Assembly (NCBI GenBank): GCA_964658305.1
Contig: OZ210885.1
Span: 10,416,001 to 10,480,000 of the forward strand
DNA: 64,000 bases
Source of the DNA: Leptogorgia sarmentosa
Taxonomy: Eukaryota
Direction of reading: 5' to 3'
Made by a program: the position numbers and the translations under genes. The notes under the pieces were generated by a model, which ran no database searches, was not told the DNA's origin, and saw only the letters and a program-made list of their open reading frames with translations. Positions 62,368-64,000 of the stretch are shown piece by piece (position 1 is the stretch's first letter; every line of letters starts with the position of its first letter).

Positions 62368-64000
62368 GTATAGTTCAAATTGTCTATTTGGGCCAGCTTT
62401 CTTATAAATAGGTTGCGGACGTTCTCGTTTTCATTTCATTTCACTAAACTCATTTTCATTTTACTAAATTCATATGAACCTAACCTCAACCTTGTTAATT
62501 TTTGTGCTTCAAGTACTGTACCATGTTCAAAAACTACTATTTTTACGTAGAACAAATTTACCTGGAAATTCAAATCTTGTAAAACTCGTGTAAAATAAGC
62601 AAATCGGAATAGTTAATAGAAACGTTCTTGTCTGCGCAACGCTCTGCACTGATATGAAGACAGAAAACCGGTGGTTAAGTACATTTGAATGGATAGCAGG
62701 CTTTCGTAGATTAATTAGGCCTACGTTAATTGCCTTTTGATTTGTATTCCCTAAGATAATTGCATGTAAAGAAAAGAATTCCTTTGGTATTCTTATAACC
62801 GATCGTAATTACAAAATTTCAACTAGTTTCATGCAGAATGACGATATAAACCTCCTTGAAAACAAAACAATACAGTAAGCTAAGATATTTTATATTTTGA
62901 TGTTTCGCTCGTGTTTTGTCTGTCATTGTCGTCTGTGTGTATCAAATATTCCATATCTCTACACTATTCCTTGTATTCATATAATAAACAAATTACTTCA
63001 TGCGCAGTTGGCTCGTTTGTTCGAATTTTATTATTTGCGAATCGTAAGGTACACATCTCTATTTAGCATCATTGACGAAAGGGAAATGTTTTATGAGATT
63101 TGGCGACTGTCTAAGATGGAAAGACAATACATAGAGATTGGCTACTTCACGGTTGGCGAGTGCATACAATTTTTATTTAACAATTGTGATGGATCGCTAA
63201 ATACGATCTTAGCTTATACGATCGTGAGCTTAGCGATCACAGCGAGTATATAACGGTACAAACGAGCAACTGGGAAGTAATTTGTTTATTACAGGAGTAT
63301 AAAGAAGATGGTAGAGATACGGATATTTGATACTGAAAGGCAACAATTTAAGTTTCAGTGTGCGTTTCCAGTCCGTTCTTTTGATAGTTTATGGTCTAGT
63401 CCATTAGAATAAGGTTCAATATGCGACCACACTCTAAATTCCGAAGTGTTCAGCGAACACTAAATAAGTGTAAATTTGCCCAATTTTGGTGTGGCTAAAT
63501 GGGTGAGAGGGCGCGAATATTCCTATATCGTGTTTTGCATTGGTTAATTTCTTTGGAAATCCCTCCTATTATCGCAAATAAATACAAACCAGATTTTTTT
63601 ATGAAACTTATATATATTTAAAATATTGACAAATGATCCAGCATGTGGGAACAATATTATATATTACATTACAATATATATTTGCATCTTGACTTTTCAC
63701 AATCCGCTAAATCGTATCGCATTCTAATGTACTTTCTCACAATTCCACCAGTTCTTACATTATAAATATCTAAAGGATGGTAGTCTAGTAGTTCATCGTA
63801 ATTTATTCCTACAAAGTTATTTATCAATGCAACGTCATATGAATTTACAAGTAAAAAATACATCTCCATTTGTGATGATGAAAATATCTTCTATGATAAA
63901 AAATGGCAATATCGAATGCTGGTAGACAACTGCTGTGTAGGTTCCAGATATAATAACATCAACAAGCAACAAAAGTTCTACTTACTACCTAAACGTTAGA

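Noticed and set aside
63295..63412. Possible terminal exon of the receptor (…VEIRIFDTERQQF…)
   Set aside because: The acceptor would need phase 2, but exon 11 ends in phase 1, which gives an immediate stop; no support without transcripts.

Overview
AT-rich, intron-containing animal genomic DNA; the gene and repeat style suggests a marine invertebrate such as a cnidarian, but that is inference. From left to right: (1) the 5' part of an apparently intact spliced hAT/ZMYM1-like transposase (minus strand, running off the left edge), whose terminal repeat abuts a 5'-truncated tRNA-Gly; (2) a rearranged tRNA cluster at about 2.9-9.3 kb (Gly, Glu, Trp, Thr, Gln, Asn, His, Pro, Ser), mostly degenerate or truncated, with inverted and direct duplications; (3) about 24 kb of two non-coding tandem arrays with ~2.1 kb units, one lying between blocks of the other; (4) a large plus-strand gene (34817 to >62367). 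I traced 11 coding exons with canonical GT-AG sites and consistent phases (~1553 aa, incomplete at the 3' end). It encodes an Apaf-1-like STAND receptor: a putative HEPN RNase domain (RNPWAH, Rx4H), a 58-heptad His/Gln-rich coiled coil, NB-ARC, and WD40 repeats. Its introns hold hAT MITEs sharing the terminus of the left-edge transposon, a CACTG/EnSpm-type element, a Helitron Rep relic, a tandem Helentron-like element, and an antisense fragment of its own exon 5 that looks paralogue-derived. All calls were made by eye with no database searches.
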